Shown one piece after another: positions 1-46,102 of a stretch of DNA of 64,000 bases (positions within the stretch are counted from its first letter, which is position 1; each line of letters begins with the position of its first letter). Source of the DNA: the human T2T-CHM13v2.0 reference genome, Homo sapiens. Under the pieces are notes generated by a model that made no database searches, had not been told where the DNA came from, and was given only the letters and a program-made list of their open reading frames with translations. The stretch lies in the NCBI RefSeq assembly GCF_009914755.1, contig NC_060926.1. One strand, given 5' to 3'. A program made the translations under genes and the position numbers.

Positions 1-498
1 GCCACCCTAAGTATCATGAGTTCTTGATTTCCTTTATTCCTTGAAAGAGCCCTCATAGCGGTGGATCCTACTGTATTCCATCTTATAGAGCTGGATTCTC
101 AGGTTCAGAGAGCTTAAATAATTTTAGGCCCAAGGTTGCATAGCTAATAAATGGTGAAACTGGGATTTGATAATAGGCTTGTCTGACTCCAAAATCCCTT
201 TTCATAATCACATACTACATGACTTAATCCTGGATTCCCCAATATAATTGCTCATTGATTCTTGATAATTTTATCACTGAAATGTAAGAGACTTTTCACT
301 GCTGTTACCTTGCTCAGACACTCATATATATTTAGATATATGTATATAGGTGTTATTTTCTAATTATAAACGTGATATATATTGGCTGTAAGAAAATACA
401 TTACATACCTAAATAGTGAAAGTTCCTCAACCCCAACTTCTACAGTTAACCAACATTAACAGGTATACATTCCTCAATTTTTTCTATGTATTTGCTAG

Positions 499-776
<278 letters not shown>

Positions 777-1399
777 GAAATTTACTTTTCTTATTTCGTG
801 TATCAGCACATACAAACCTACCTGTTTTTATGTCTTTTTTAAAATGAGGTAAAATATACACGTTTTATACAAAATTCAAAAGGCACAAGAGGGTATAATC
901 ATAAAAAAATAGGTCGCCATCCACCCTTGTTCTCCAGATGCTCATCAGCAAATGACTCTTACCAATTTCCTAGATAGCCTTCTGGGGCGCCTCATTTCTT
1001 TTCCAAGCTGCTTAACATCCCACTGTATGGATACACCAATTCATCAGGACACTTAGATTGTTTAAATTCTGTGTCAATCTCATTAATTACTTACAACTCA
1101 ACTTTTCTTAGCAATATGGTGTTCCGCATTGTACAGCTGCACCGTAATTCATTTATTCATTTCCCTACTTATGAAAATTGAAGTTTAAATACCTAAACTG
1201 CATCTGCTCTTAGGGCACTCGTGCTGTTTAACCATTTCGGCCATTTTGTCATCAATATAGTTTATGTATTCCTCCACCCAACTGTGAGTTCCTCAAGGAC
1301 AGGGGCGGTGTTCATATTCATCTTTGCATCCTCTTAGACTAGCTTCCCGCACTTGGTCTAGTGTATACATTCACCAAACTTGTGTTCAATAATTGACTC

Positions 1400-1900
1400 A
1401 TCCGCGCTGAGTTCTGAAAGCTAGCGTGGGGAGGCGGAGCCAGGGGAAAGCCCTGCCCATTTGGGCTGTCCCGACCTCAGAGGGACCGGAACGTTCGTTG
1501 GAAGGATCCTCGTTTCTCAGGGACGATTTTGGACGCGAAGCGTGCCCCGCACAAGGATGGTTGCCATGAACCGGAAGTAACTGGTTGTTTTGCTGGCTCC
1601 AGTTTTTCCGCGGGGCGGAAAAGGCGTGTCTGCGTGTGTCCCAACCATTTCTAGTCCCCTTTCCTCGCAGGACCTCATGAGTAAGCTGTGGCGGCGTGGG
1701 AGCACCTCTGGGGCTATGGAGGCCCCTGAGCCGGGTAAGCGCGAATAGATCAAGCAATTTAGGTCGTGTTAGAAAAGAAGTCCCGTTCTTGCTCCTCGGA
1801 GAGTCCAGGGTACTTCGGCCACAGGTGGCAAGGAGAAAGGCGGTGCTGTTGTTATGGTAACAGCGAGTACTGCGGGAAGGGTGGGATCCAGTAGGGGCTT
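1400..1900 (+). promoter_or_regulatory. INO80B CpG-island promoter
   Basis: CpG-dense; X-box-like GTTGCCATGAAC (1560-1571), ETS CCGGAAGT (1571-1578), GC box GGGGCGG (1612-1618). Confidence 0.75.
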
Positions 1901-4424
1901 AGGTTATTCAGGGCTTCCCCTGCCACCCTCCGGCCAAACACTGTTGACAGGCTTTCCTTCCACAGGAGAAGCCCTGGAGTTGAGCCTGGCGGGTGCCCAT
2001 GGCCATGGAGTGCACAAGAAAAAACACAAGAAGCACAAGAAGAAACACAAGAAGAAACACCATCAGGAAGAAGACGCCGGGCCCACGCAGCCGTCCCCTG
2101 CCAAGCCTCAGCTCAAACTCAAAATCAAGCTTGGGGGACAAGTCCTGGGGACCAAGAGGTGAGGCCAAGAGGGTCATAGTTTTATAAGGGGAACTTTAGG
2201 AGCAGAGATAGTAGTTAGAAGCCGACTGGGCTTTCTAGAAGACCGAATGGACACTGTGACTTCAGGGTCCAGATTTAGGCAGCAAGAGTCTAAGAGGGTG
2301 GGGAAAGTTGGGTGTAGCTACGGAGTAGGAGGAGGAGACGCTTGCTCATTTTAAAGAGTAGTGTTGCTTCTCTGCAGTGTTCCTACCTTCACTGTGATCC
2401 CAGAGGGGCCTCGCTCACCCTCTCCCCTTATGGTTGTGGATAATGAAGAGGAACCTATGGAAGGAGTCCCCCTTGAGCAGTACCGTGCCTGGCTGGGTGA
2501 GGATCTGGAGGTGGGGAAACTGGGTTTCTTATTATACCCGCCTAAAGAAAGAAGGTTGGTTCTGAAATGGGTTAGGATTTTCCATGTCCCAGTATTAACT
2601 CAGCCAAATTAGGGTGCCCCATCTGAACAATTCTGTTTTTCTTTCTCCAACTTCCTTCCCAGATGAAGACAGTAATCTCTCTCCCTCTCCACTTCGGGAC
2701 CTATCAGGAGGGTTAGGGGGTCAGGAGGAAGAGGAGGAACAGAGGTGGCTGGATGCCCTGGAGAAGGGGGAGCTGGATGACAATGGAGACCTCAAGAAGG
2801 AGATCAATGAGCGGCTGCTTACTGCTCGACAGGTATGTTGGTTCATTGTTTATTCACTCACCAAATGTATACAGTATTGAGAACTCTCCACGACCCACGC
2901 ACTTTGCGTGGCATTGGGGATATCGATAGTAGAGAAAAGACAAAGTTTCTGTTCTCCTGGAGCTAGTATTCTAGTGTGTGTGTTGGGGGGCTGGGAAGTA
3001 AATAAGTAAATAATTTCAAAAAGCTATATGGTTTATGACAAAAAGAAAAGGGTGATGAAATAGAAAGTGGCGTAAACAAACAGATAGAAATGATGGAAGA
3101 GAGACATTAGGGTAGTTAGAGAAGGCTTCTTTGAAGAGATAACATTTGCAATACCAGAAGAGCTTTTGAGCAGAGACCAGCAGGCGCACAGACCTTGAGA
3201 CTGGAACATGTCTAGCAAAGGAGAAGAAAAAGTGGACAAGCCACTGAAGGGCTGTACGCAGAGAAGTGACATACTTGGTTTACATTTCAATAGATTACTT
3301 TGGCATCTTTGTAGAGAATGAATCTTCGTGGAGACAAGAGATAGAAGTATGGAGAACAACTAGGAAGCTGTTGAAGTAATCAGCTGAGAGGCAGTGGTTG
3401 CTTTAACCAAGACGAAAGTGGTGGAGATGGAGAAAATCAGATGAATTATGGCTATATTTTGGAAGTAGATACTTGTGGGGAGGGGAATGGAGAGAAAATA
3501 TATCAAGGCTAAGCCTGGGATTTTGGCTTGAGCAGTTATCCACCTGATACTCTCTATTGAGATAAGATTAAAAATAACAACAGACCTCTGGGAAAGCTGG
3601 TACAGTTTTGGTGCACAGGTCAGGCAGGTAACATTACTGATGCTTCTCCCCTTGAGAGATAAGGACCTAAAGCTAAATGTCAGGAGATCTGGGAGGAGGC
3701 AGTATTTATGAAGAGGAACCTATGGAAGGTGTCCTGGAGAGGGTGCTCATTAATTAATATCCCGCCTCCGAAGGCCTGCACTGCTCAAGACCCTGCCTTC
3801 CATGTCCCTTCTTTCCCCTCCCCCGATCTGGCCGACCTCGCCTCTCCATCTTCCTCCATTTTCAGACAGCACCCCGTCTCTGTCTCTCCCTAGCGAGCTC
3901 TGCTCCAGAAGGCGCGGAGTCAACCTTCCCCTATGCTGCCGCTGCCTGTAGCTGAGGGCTGCCCACCTCCCGCCCTCACAGAGGAGATGCTGCTGAAGCG
4001 CGAGGAGCGGGCGCGGAAGCGGCGGCTCCAGGCGGCGCGGCGGGCAGAAGAGCACAAGAACCAGACTATCGAGCGCCTCACCAAGACTGCGGCGACCAGT
4101 GGGCGGGGAGGCCGGGGGGGCGCACGGGGCGAGCGGCGGGGAGGGCGGGCTGCGGCTCCGGCCCCCATGGTGCGCTACTGCAGCGGAGCACAGGGTTCCA
4201 CCCTTTCCTTCCCACCTGGCGTCCCCGCCCCCACGGCAGTGTCTCAGCGGCCATCCCCCTCAGGCCCGCCGCCGCGCTGCTCTGTCCCCGGCTGTCCCCA
4301 TCCGCGCCGCTACGCTTGCTCCCGCACAGGCCAGGCACTCTGTAGTCTTCAGTGCTACCGCATCAACCTGCAGATGCGGCTGGGGGGGCCCGAGGGTCCT
4401 GGATCCCCCCTTTTGGCTACGTAA
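1677..4424 (+). CDS. INO80B: INO80 complex subunit B (Ies2/PAPA-1), 356 aa, 5 coding exons
   Basis: Exons 1677-1734, 1966-2158, 2378-2496, 2663-2832, 3894-4424, all GT-AG, total 1071 nt. Starts MSKLWRRGSTSGAMEAPEPG; His/Lys run HKKKHKKHKKKHKKKHH, PAPA-1 region EEMLLKREERARKRR, C-terminal HIT-type Zn finger CSVPGC...CSLQC. Confidence 0.97.
2840..3660 (-). mobile_element. Degenerate L2 LINE in INO80B intron 4
   Basis: Starts with L2 tail-like ttcattgtttattcactcaccaaatgt, then purine-rich sequence typical of antisense L2; boundaries approximate. Confidence 0.55.
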
Positions 4425-4485
4425 GGCCCTTAACCCGGACTCTGCGCCCCGTCCCATGCCCGCTCTTGAGTATCTTCCCCACCCT

Positions 4486-4491
4486 ATTAAA
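4486..4491 (+). terminator. INO80B poly(A) signal (ATTAAA)
   Basis: ATTAAA about 60 nt after the stop codon; the only hexamer I saw before the WBP1 promoter. Confidence 0.7.
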
Positions 4492-4499
4492 TTACATCC

Positions 4500-5160
4500 G
4501 GTGCTTCGGCTTGTACAGAACTGGGGGAGTGGGATGTTGTGGGCAGACCAGTCTCCGGTATACACGTATTTTGCCCCTGTCGGAGCTTGCGTCGATGCCT
4601 GGGGCTTGGAAACCACCGCAAAAAACCAGGCTGCAAACCAGCGGACCGACTTTTGGGACTCCGCCTCTTCCAGCCGGGATTACCTGGCGTGCTTCGGCCT
4701 TTGGCGTCATTCCGAAAACATACCGCAAGCCAATCAGCGGCAACCTTGCTCTTCGGGGCGGCTGTTCGTTGGTTGATATGCCAGAGCCTGTTCTGTTGTC
4801 TGTATTGGCTATTGCCGCTGTCAGTCAGGGCCGTGGGTCGAACCTTCACCTACTCTTTGTCTGTACAAGCTCTTGTTGTCTGGGTGAGCGGCGGAGGCGC
4901 TGCTGTGGATTGGTCACAGGGAGAAACCTCTGATCTGTTCCTATTGGCCCGTCCGTCAAGGGACGATGATGATTGGTAGGGCAGAGCAATCTGAGTCCTA
5001 GTTGGTGGAGTTCTGCCCGGATGGAAGCTCCGGCCGCGGAGTGATGGTGGCCTCAGCGAAGATGGGCCGGGCAGGGACCATGGCGGTGGCAGCAGAGGTG
5101 GCAGGGGCGGGGCGGCTGGCGGTAGAGGAGGCTGTGGTCCTCAGGGGGCTGTAGGTGGAG
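4500..5160 (+). promoter_or_regulatory. WBP1 CpG-island promoter with multiple CCAAT boxes
   Basis: CCAAT/ATTGG at 4730, 4804, 4909, 4943, 4972; GC boxes; continuous with the CpG-rich last exon of INO80B. Confidence 0.7.
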
Positions 5161-5162
5161 GT

Positions 5163-7248
<2,086 letters not shown>

Positions 7249-7429
7249 GTAGTTTTGAGAGGGTGGATGGGTTACTTGCCCACCAGAAACAGCCCTAGTC
7301 CCAACTCCTTGCGTTCCTTTGGCCCCTCCCTGCCTACCTAGAATCTGCCTGAAAGGGCTGGAGAGGGGCAGTATTGGGGGACTGTGCTAGCTTTACCCCC
7401 GCAGGACATACACAGGAGCCTTTGATCTC

Positions 7430-7435
7430 ATTAAA
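7430..7435 (+). terminator. WBP1 poly(A) signal (ATTAAA)
   Basis: ATTAAA about 180 nt after the WBP1 stop, followed by GT-rich sequence. Confidence 0.7.
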
Positions 7436-7647
7436 GAGATGTGAACCAGCTACTTGTGGATTTGGGTGGACTAAAGCTCAACTCACTGCATTGCACTTGA
7501 CCTGACTGGGTTTGAAGGGGACAGGTTATGGCCACTTGACCCCACCTTCCCTGAGGACAGCAGACAGTGCTGAGGCCTGGACTGACCTAAGGCCTCTTGG
7601 TGAGGCAAATCTGGCAAAAGCAATAGAGTTCAAAATGTTTTTTCCAA

Positions 7648-7653
7648 TTTATT
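7648..7653 (-). terminator. MOGS poly(A) signal (AATAAA)
   Basis: TTTATT on + strand about 190 nt after the MOGS stop. Confidence 0.75.
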
Positions 7654-7841
7654 TAGAAAAATAGACTCTGGATTCACATTCACCCCAGGGCTATGTGGGA
7701 TGACAGCAAGGAGACACCTGAGATGAAATGAGGAAGGTTTGAATTACTGGTATCCAAGGGGCTGGGGGCAAAAGCCAGAAGCCTTTGTCCCTTCAGAGCC
7801 AGAGTGGCATGAGTGTCTTGGCTCCCCTCCTCTCCCTCCCT

Positions 7842-18418
<10,577 letters not shown>

Positions 18419-18685
18419 TACCTTGAGTGAGTGGTAGGAGAAGCCAGAAGCCAAATTCAAAAGGGTTAAGCAGTGAGTGATAGTAAGAAAGTGAAATAAA
18501 TTCAGGTTCATCCAGACACCTCTCTGATCTAGTCTTGTTCCAGAAACATTGTGGTAGCAGGGTTTTAAACTTTATTTTGCGCTCCGTGACCCTTCAGATA
18601 GTGATTTGAATGATTAAGTGAAACTCTTCTTAGGTTAAGTGTCCTAGTCCACGCTAAAATCATCTTGTTGGTCTCTTTGGCGCTG

Positions 18686-19540
<855 letters not shown>

Positions 19541-19857
19541 CAGCCTTTCCCCTTCTGTACCCTGCTGGGCCACATCTAGGCTAACTCGATCTTAAATCCT
19601 GGCTTCTTCCAAAGAGAGAGCACTAACACAAGCCGGGATGATCCACACCAGAAGGTAAACACCATTCAGGTAACTGAAGATTAAACGTAGTGAGCTCTGA
19701 ATAGCCAAAGCTTAAACGTGAAAGTACTACAGCCCAATATTAGTAAATGACTGAAAATAGTAATAGGAAGGGCAGTACAGGGTAATACTGTCCTTGGGGC
19801 TGATCCAGGTATAGAAATGCCTATTAAACCTCTGTGGTTCTCCATGAATTAGCGTAG

Positions 19858-20947
<1,090 letters not shown>

Positions 20948-21111
20948 CCTAATCTTGGATTCTTAAGCCCAGGCTCTTTGTAGCTTATTCTCCAGTATGC
21001 TTTCCTCCAAGCTTCCAGTTCTGGGCTTCCTTAATATGCAATTCCAAATGTCTGGATTTTCCAGCTAGAGATGGGGAGCTCTTAACTTTCTGGCTCCTGG
21101 TCCCAGGCTCC

Positions 21112-29401
<8,290 letters not shown>

Positions 29402-29659
29402 GGGGCGGCGGGTCCAGAACGAACCTAACGATTCCCACTTCCCTGCACGGACCAACGCCCGCCGCAGCTCGGACTTCGCCCCATCGCAAGAGCCGTTTTC
29501 TCCAGTCCGGGAGTCGCGGGGACCTTCATGGACTCTCTCGTGCTCCGTAATGGGAGGCTTCTGCCCCTAACAAACATGGCCGCCCACTCTGTCCCACCCC
29601 GCCCTTTGGCTGGTATCAAATACTAGACTACCTTTCATTTCCGGGTCACTGTAGATGCG
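29402..29659. promoter_or_regulatory. Bidirectional promoter shared by CCDC142 and TTC31
   Basis: Divergent ATGs 258 bp apart in a CpG island (about 28550-30110); YY1-like AACATGGCCGCC near 29573; ETS TTCCGG near 29639; ACTACA-type motif ACTACAACTCCC (minus) 30089-30100. Confidence 0.8.
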
Positions 29660-39782
<10,123 letters not shown>

Positions 39783-40012
39783 GGGGGCACCGGTCCCTCA
39801 TAGGGCAGGGCCATGTATATATCCCTTGGTGGGGGACATAGTGTGGTGACAGTTCACTGCATATTTTGAGACCTTATTCTCTAGATCCATAGTTAATGAT
39901 GCCCTGGCAGTCATTCCTCTTGCCATGGGGAAGCTTCTGATGAGAGAAAGGAGCCCCACATCCACTGAAACATCCTTTGGTTCTCAAGCTTCTTCTGGAG
40001 GCAGTAAGGAAA

Positions 40013-40018
40013 AATAAA
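40013..40018 (+). terminator. TTC31 proximal poly(A) signal; distal AATAAA at 41101-41106
   Basis: AATAAA hexamers about 230 nt and 1320 nt after the stop. Confidence 0.6.
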
Positions 40019-41210
40019 ACCCACCAAGGCTCAAGAAGGGAACTATAGAAAAGTTCAGGTTTTTAGGCTATAGCAGAGACAGTGAGAAAGCATCTGGGCC
40101 TTTCTCTTCCTCTTGGTCCAGGGGACCTCATTCACCAACTAGAGCTTGGTGTACAGGAACGGGGTCACAGTGCTGAGGGGGCTTGAGTCCCACCTTTCAG
40201 CTTGATGGATGCTCACCTCTTCTCAGCCCCAGCTCGTGCCCTGTTTTTCTAGCCATAGCCCCCAGATTACTCACAGCTCCTCATGCCATTTCCTGTCCAG
40301 ATTGCTATGTATGACTCTGACCTCTCTTGTCCAGTGGTCTGGTGCTCACCTCCTCTCACTGCTAGAATATTCACCAAGGGTTTGCATTTGGGAAGTCCCT
40401 TACCAGCTCCTGCTTAGAGCTGGTAGGGCCATACATGTCCACACTCCCAACTGGTGGCTCTCCCGCTGAATGGGGCCTCAGCAGGTGCCCAGGCTGCTAC
40501 AACCTTGGCCACTCTGTTTCTCCACCCCAGCACTGGGCATGGTAATTAGCCTTTCCCCATGTTAATTTATTCAGTTTTTTCAAGGGTCAACTGAATTCCC
40601 CACTTCCTGGGTAAGAAGCATGATCTCCTTTTAATTTCACGTCTAAGATCCTGGCAGCTTCCCCTAGCTGGTTCCTCTGTAGTCCTGCTGGGACTGTCAG
40701 CTCATTTAAATGTGGGTCTGCAGAAGGCTTTAGGTCTCCCCCAACCCCCTTACCTTTCACAGAGGAACCTTTCATCAGGATAAATGATTATTGCTGCCCT
40801 GTGGGTCTTGCTCAATACTGTTCATACCTGGAGAGAGAAGGTATTGAAACATCTCCTTTATGTGTGACTTTCCCAAATTTTTAAAAATTGTTTATGGTTT
40901 AGGCCCCTTAAATACTGTGTAGCAGGATGAAGTCTACCATTACCAGCTGGGTCACCTTGGATGGGTCTGTCAACATCTAAGCCTCAGTTCCCTCACCTGT
41001 AAAAATGAGGGTAGTCCCTACCTCATAAGGGATATTGTGAGGATGGAAAGCGAAAGTGTGAGAAAATACCTCCCAAGTGCCTGGTACATAGTGGGTGCTA
41101 AATAAACCACTTTTTGTCTGCAACTGTCCTACATAGTCATGCTTCCCACAATAGGAAGAGAGGAGTGTGGGTGAATTGGTGCTGAAATTCACAAAATCCA
41201 GAGTTCTGGG

Positions 41211-41692
<482 letters not shown>

Positions 41693-44098
41693 AAGGGCGG
41701 GGCTTAGCGGAGCAGACCTCCATCCAGAGGCCATTTTGGTGGGACAGGTTTGAGTTTTGTTGTCCAAGTCTTCAGTATAAGAGGTGGCAGTGCTAGCTGG
41801 GCTAGAATTTGGGAAACCTCAATGGGGAGAGAGGTTATGACTCAGCCAGTTAATTTGACTGGACCCTACCTTCCTAACTAGAAGGATTTGCCCTGAGAGT
41901 TCTTTGCTCACCCCTGGTTGGGGAGCAGGATGGGCATAGGTGGTTGTGTTTGTCCAAGGGGTGATTATATTACAGTGGTTCCATAAGAGGCCTGCCCATC
42001 TGGCTTTCCTGTTTTTGAGCAGGGACCTGCATGCTTTTGGGATGTCTGTAGGGCTCCTGACCTCTCAAAGGCCACCCACCACTACTCAATGGTATTTTTG
42101 CCTTCCAGCTGAGCTGGCTCCTTGTTCTAGCTTCTCAAGTAAATGTTCCCTCCCCAGTACCTTAGCCTGCCCTGGACTTGTAGCTTCTCCAAGAGTCACG
42201 TGACTCCTGACACTTTGCCCCATTTTCACCCTCCTAATTAATAGGGGTCTGACCCAACAGCCTGAGTTCTGAGTTCCCAGGACTGGAAAGTAGAGTGACC
42301 AACCATCCTGGTTTTCCTGGAACTGAGGGATGTTCTGGAGTGAGGGACTTTCAATGCCAAAACTTGGAAAATGCTGGGCAGATGGGAAAGAGTTGATCAC
42401 CCTACTGGAAATGTTCCAGAGAGGCAGTATTTAGAAGGGAGTACTGAAGGGGCAATGCAGTTGCAAAGAATTATTTTTTTGCATATGCATAATGGCTGAC
42501 AGATTCTTAGCTCCACACCAGTGGTCACTGTCTGTTTCCATGTTGCCATTTTTCTTCCAGTTGCCCACATTTGCTAGGTTGTCATTGACTCATGCAATCC
42601 TTGATCCCTGGGGCAATCGCAGATTCCTCTTCTGTGACCACCTCCCAGCCCCACCTCAAGTCTGGCCCTGAGTTCTCTCTGCTGTTACCTTTTGCAGTGG
42701 CCAGATATATACTCCCTTTTTCAGGTCTCTACCAGTCTCTGATCCAACCTGCGCCCACAGCCAGATTGGCCTACCCTAAACAATGGTCTCTTGTCTCTCT
42801 TCTCTAAAACCTCCAGGGACCATGCTCTAAAGTACAATGCCTAAGTCCCTACCTGTGGCCCTTTCTCCTCCCCTTTCTCTGTAAATCCTTTGCTTCTTTC
42901 CTTTAGGCTCAGTCACCTTTATAGAGACCAAGAGCATGGGCTCCTGAGTCGGACAAGCAAACAGCTCAGTCCCTGTGCCACCACTTACAAACTGTGACCT
43001 GGCCAAGTTTCCTCAGGGTTCTGTAATTCAGTCTCATCCTTAAAATGGAAAGAAAAGTCTCTGTCCTGTTGGGTTATTTTAAGGATTAATACCTGCAAAG
43101 CACTTGGAACTGCTTAATAAGTGGTACTGTCTGAAAATGCCAGATTCCCTTCTGCCTTCCAGCCTTGTTCACTTTCCAAGGAATATTCTCTCTTGGGCCC
43201 TCCACCTGCAACTAAGGCCCTAGCTGACCCCCGTTGAACCCATGGAACTTCCTTGAAAGTAGGGTTGTCACACTTAGGCAGAGGCAGGAGAAAGTCTGAA
43301 GAGAGCCAGAGGACTGACAGGAGAGAAGGGAAGCAGGAAAGACAACTGAGCTTGATCTGAAGATTGGCTGGGACCACTGGGGAGGGGAAGGCCTGCAACT
43401 ACTGAGCGTTCCCCCTCCTCTCCCCTCACACTGCAGGAGGGTGATTATCACCAGTGGAATAAATGAATGTCAGAAATGTCCACTGGCTGAGTTAGGCTGG
43501 AATCCCTACCAGGCAAGGCCACTACTCCAAGCTTCGCCCCAGCAGGCCAAGCCTTTCCACCCTCTGGCTGCTGCCACCATCCTAGTGGTAAAATTTCTGG
43601 CCCAGGGGCCTGGCAGAGGTCTTCCAGGTAGGGGTGTGGCCTCTCTGGGCACCCGTCTATTTGCCTGTGTCCCAGCGGAGGGTTCTTTTGGCAGGATGGG
43701 GAAAGGGTCAGGAACCCATTAACAGGTGGGGAAACAATGTCATCACTCTGGGGCCAACCTAGGGATTAGAATCAAGGTCTCCCAGGCAGACAGTAGGTGG
43801 GCCAAGGCCCCACTGTCTTTCACTCAGGCCCGGTGACTTCCCCTTGGTAGACTGATAAGCATCAGCTCTGAAGGCTGGCTGGATGCTGGGTCCAAAACCT
43901 GACCTCAGGGTTCTGACTTTGTAAAAATGGTGTAATTATTACCTACCTTAAAGGGTTGCTATAAGGGCTAAAGGAAACATTGCATTGAAAGCCCTGGCAC
44001 AGTGCCAAGTGCGGACTCCCCATAGCACTTTACAGATTTTACTGTTTCTTGCTTCTGGCGGGCGTCTGGATAGAGGCATGGTGCGGCAGAGTCTCGAC

Positions 44099-44104
44099 TT
44101 TATT
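44099..44104 (-). terminator. LBX2 poly(A) signal
   Basis: TTTATT on + strand, just past an Alu fragment (about 44122-44348) in the 3' UTR. Confidence 0.7.
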
Positions 44105-44171
44105 CTCAAATATTGGGAAAGTAGCCTGGACAACATAGCGGGACCTCCTCTCTAAAAAAAAAAGTTTTTTA

Positions 44172-46102
<1,931 letters not shown>

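Noticed and set aside
2012-2063. Imperfect (CACAAGAAGAAA)n repeat
   Set aside because: Encodes the His/Lys tract of INO80B and is explained by the CDS.
4099-4979. Alternative-frame ORFs across the INO80B end and WBP1 promoter
   Set aside because: CpG-island composition, non-ATG starts, no homology I recognise.
19635-19705. Possible C/D-box snoRNA (GATGAT...CTGA...CTGA)
   Set aside because: Box C is incomplete, there is no terminal stem and it is not intronic.
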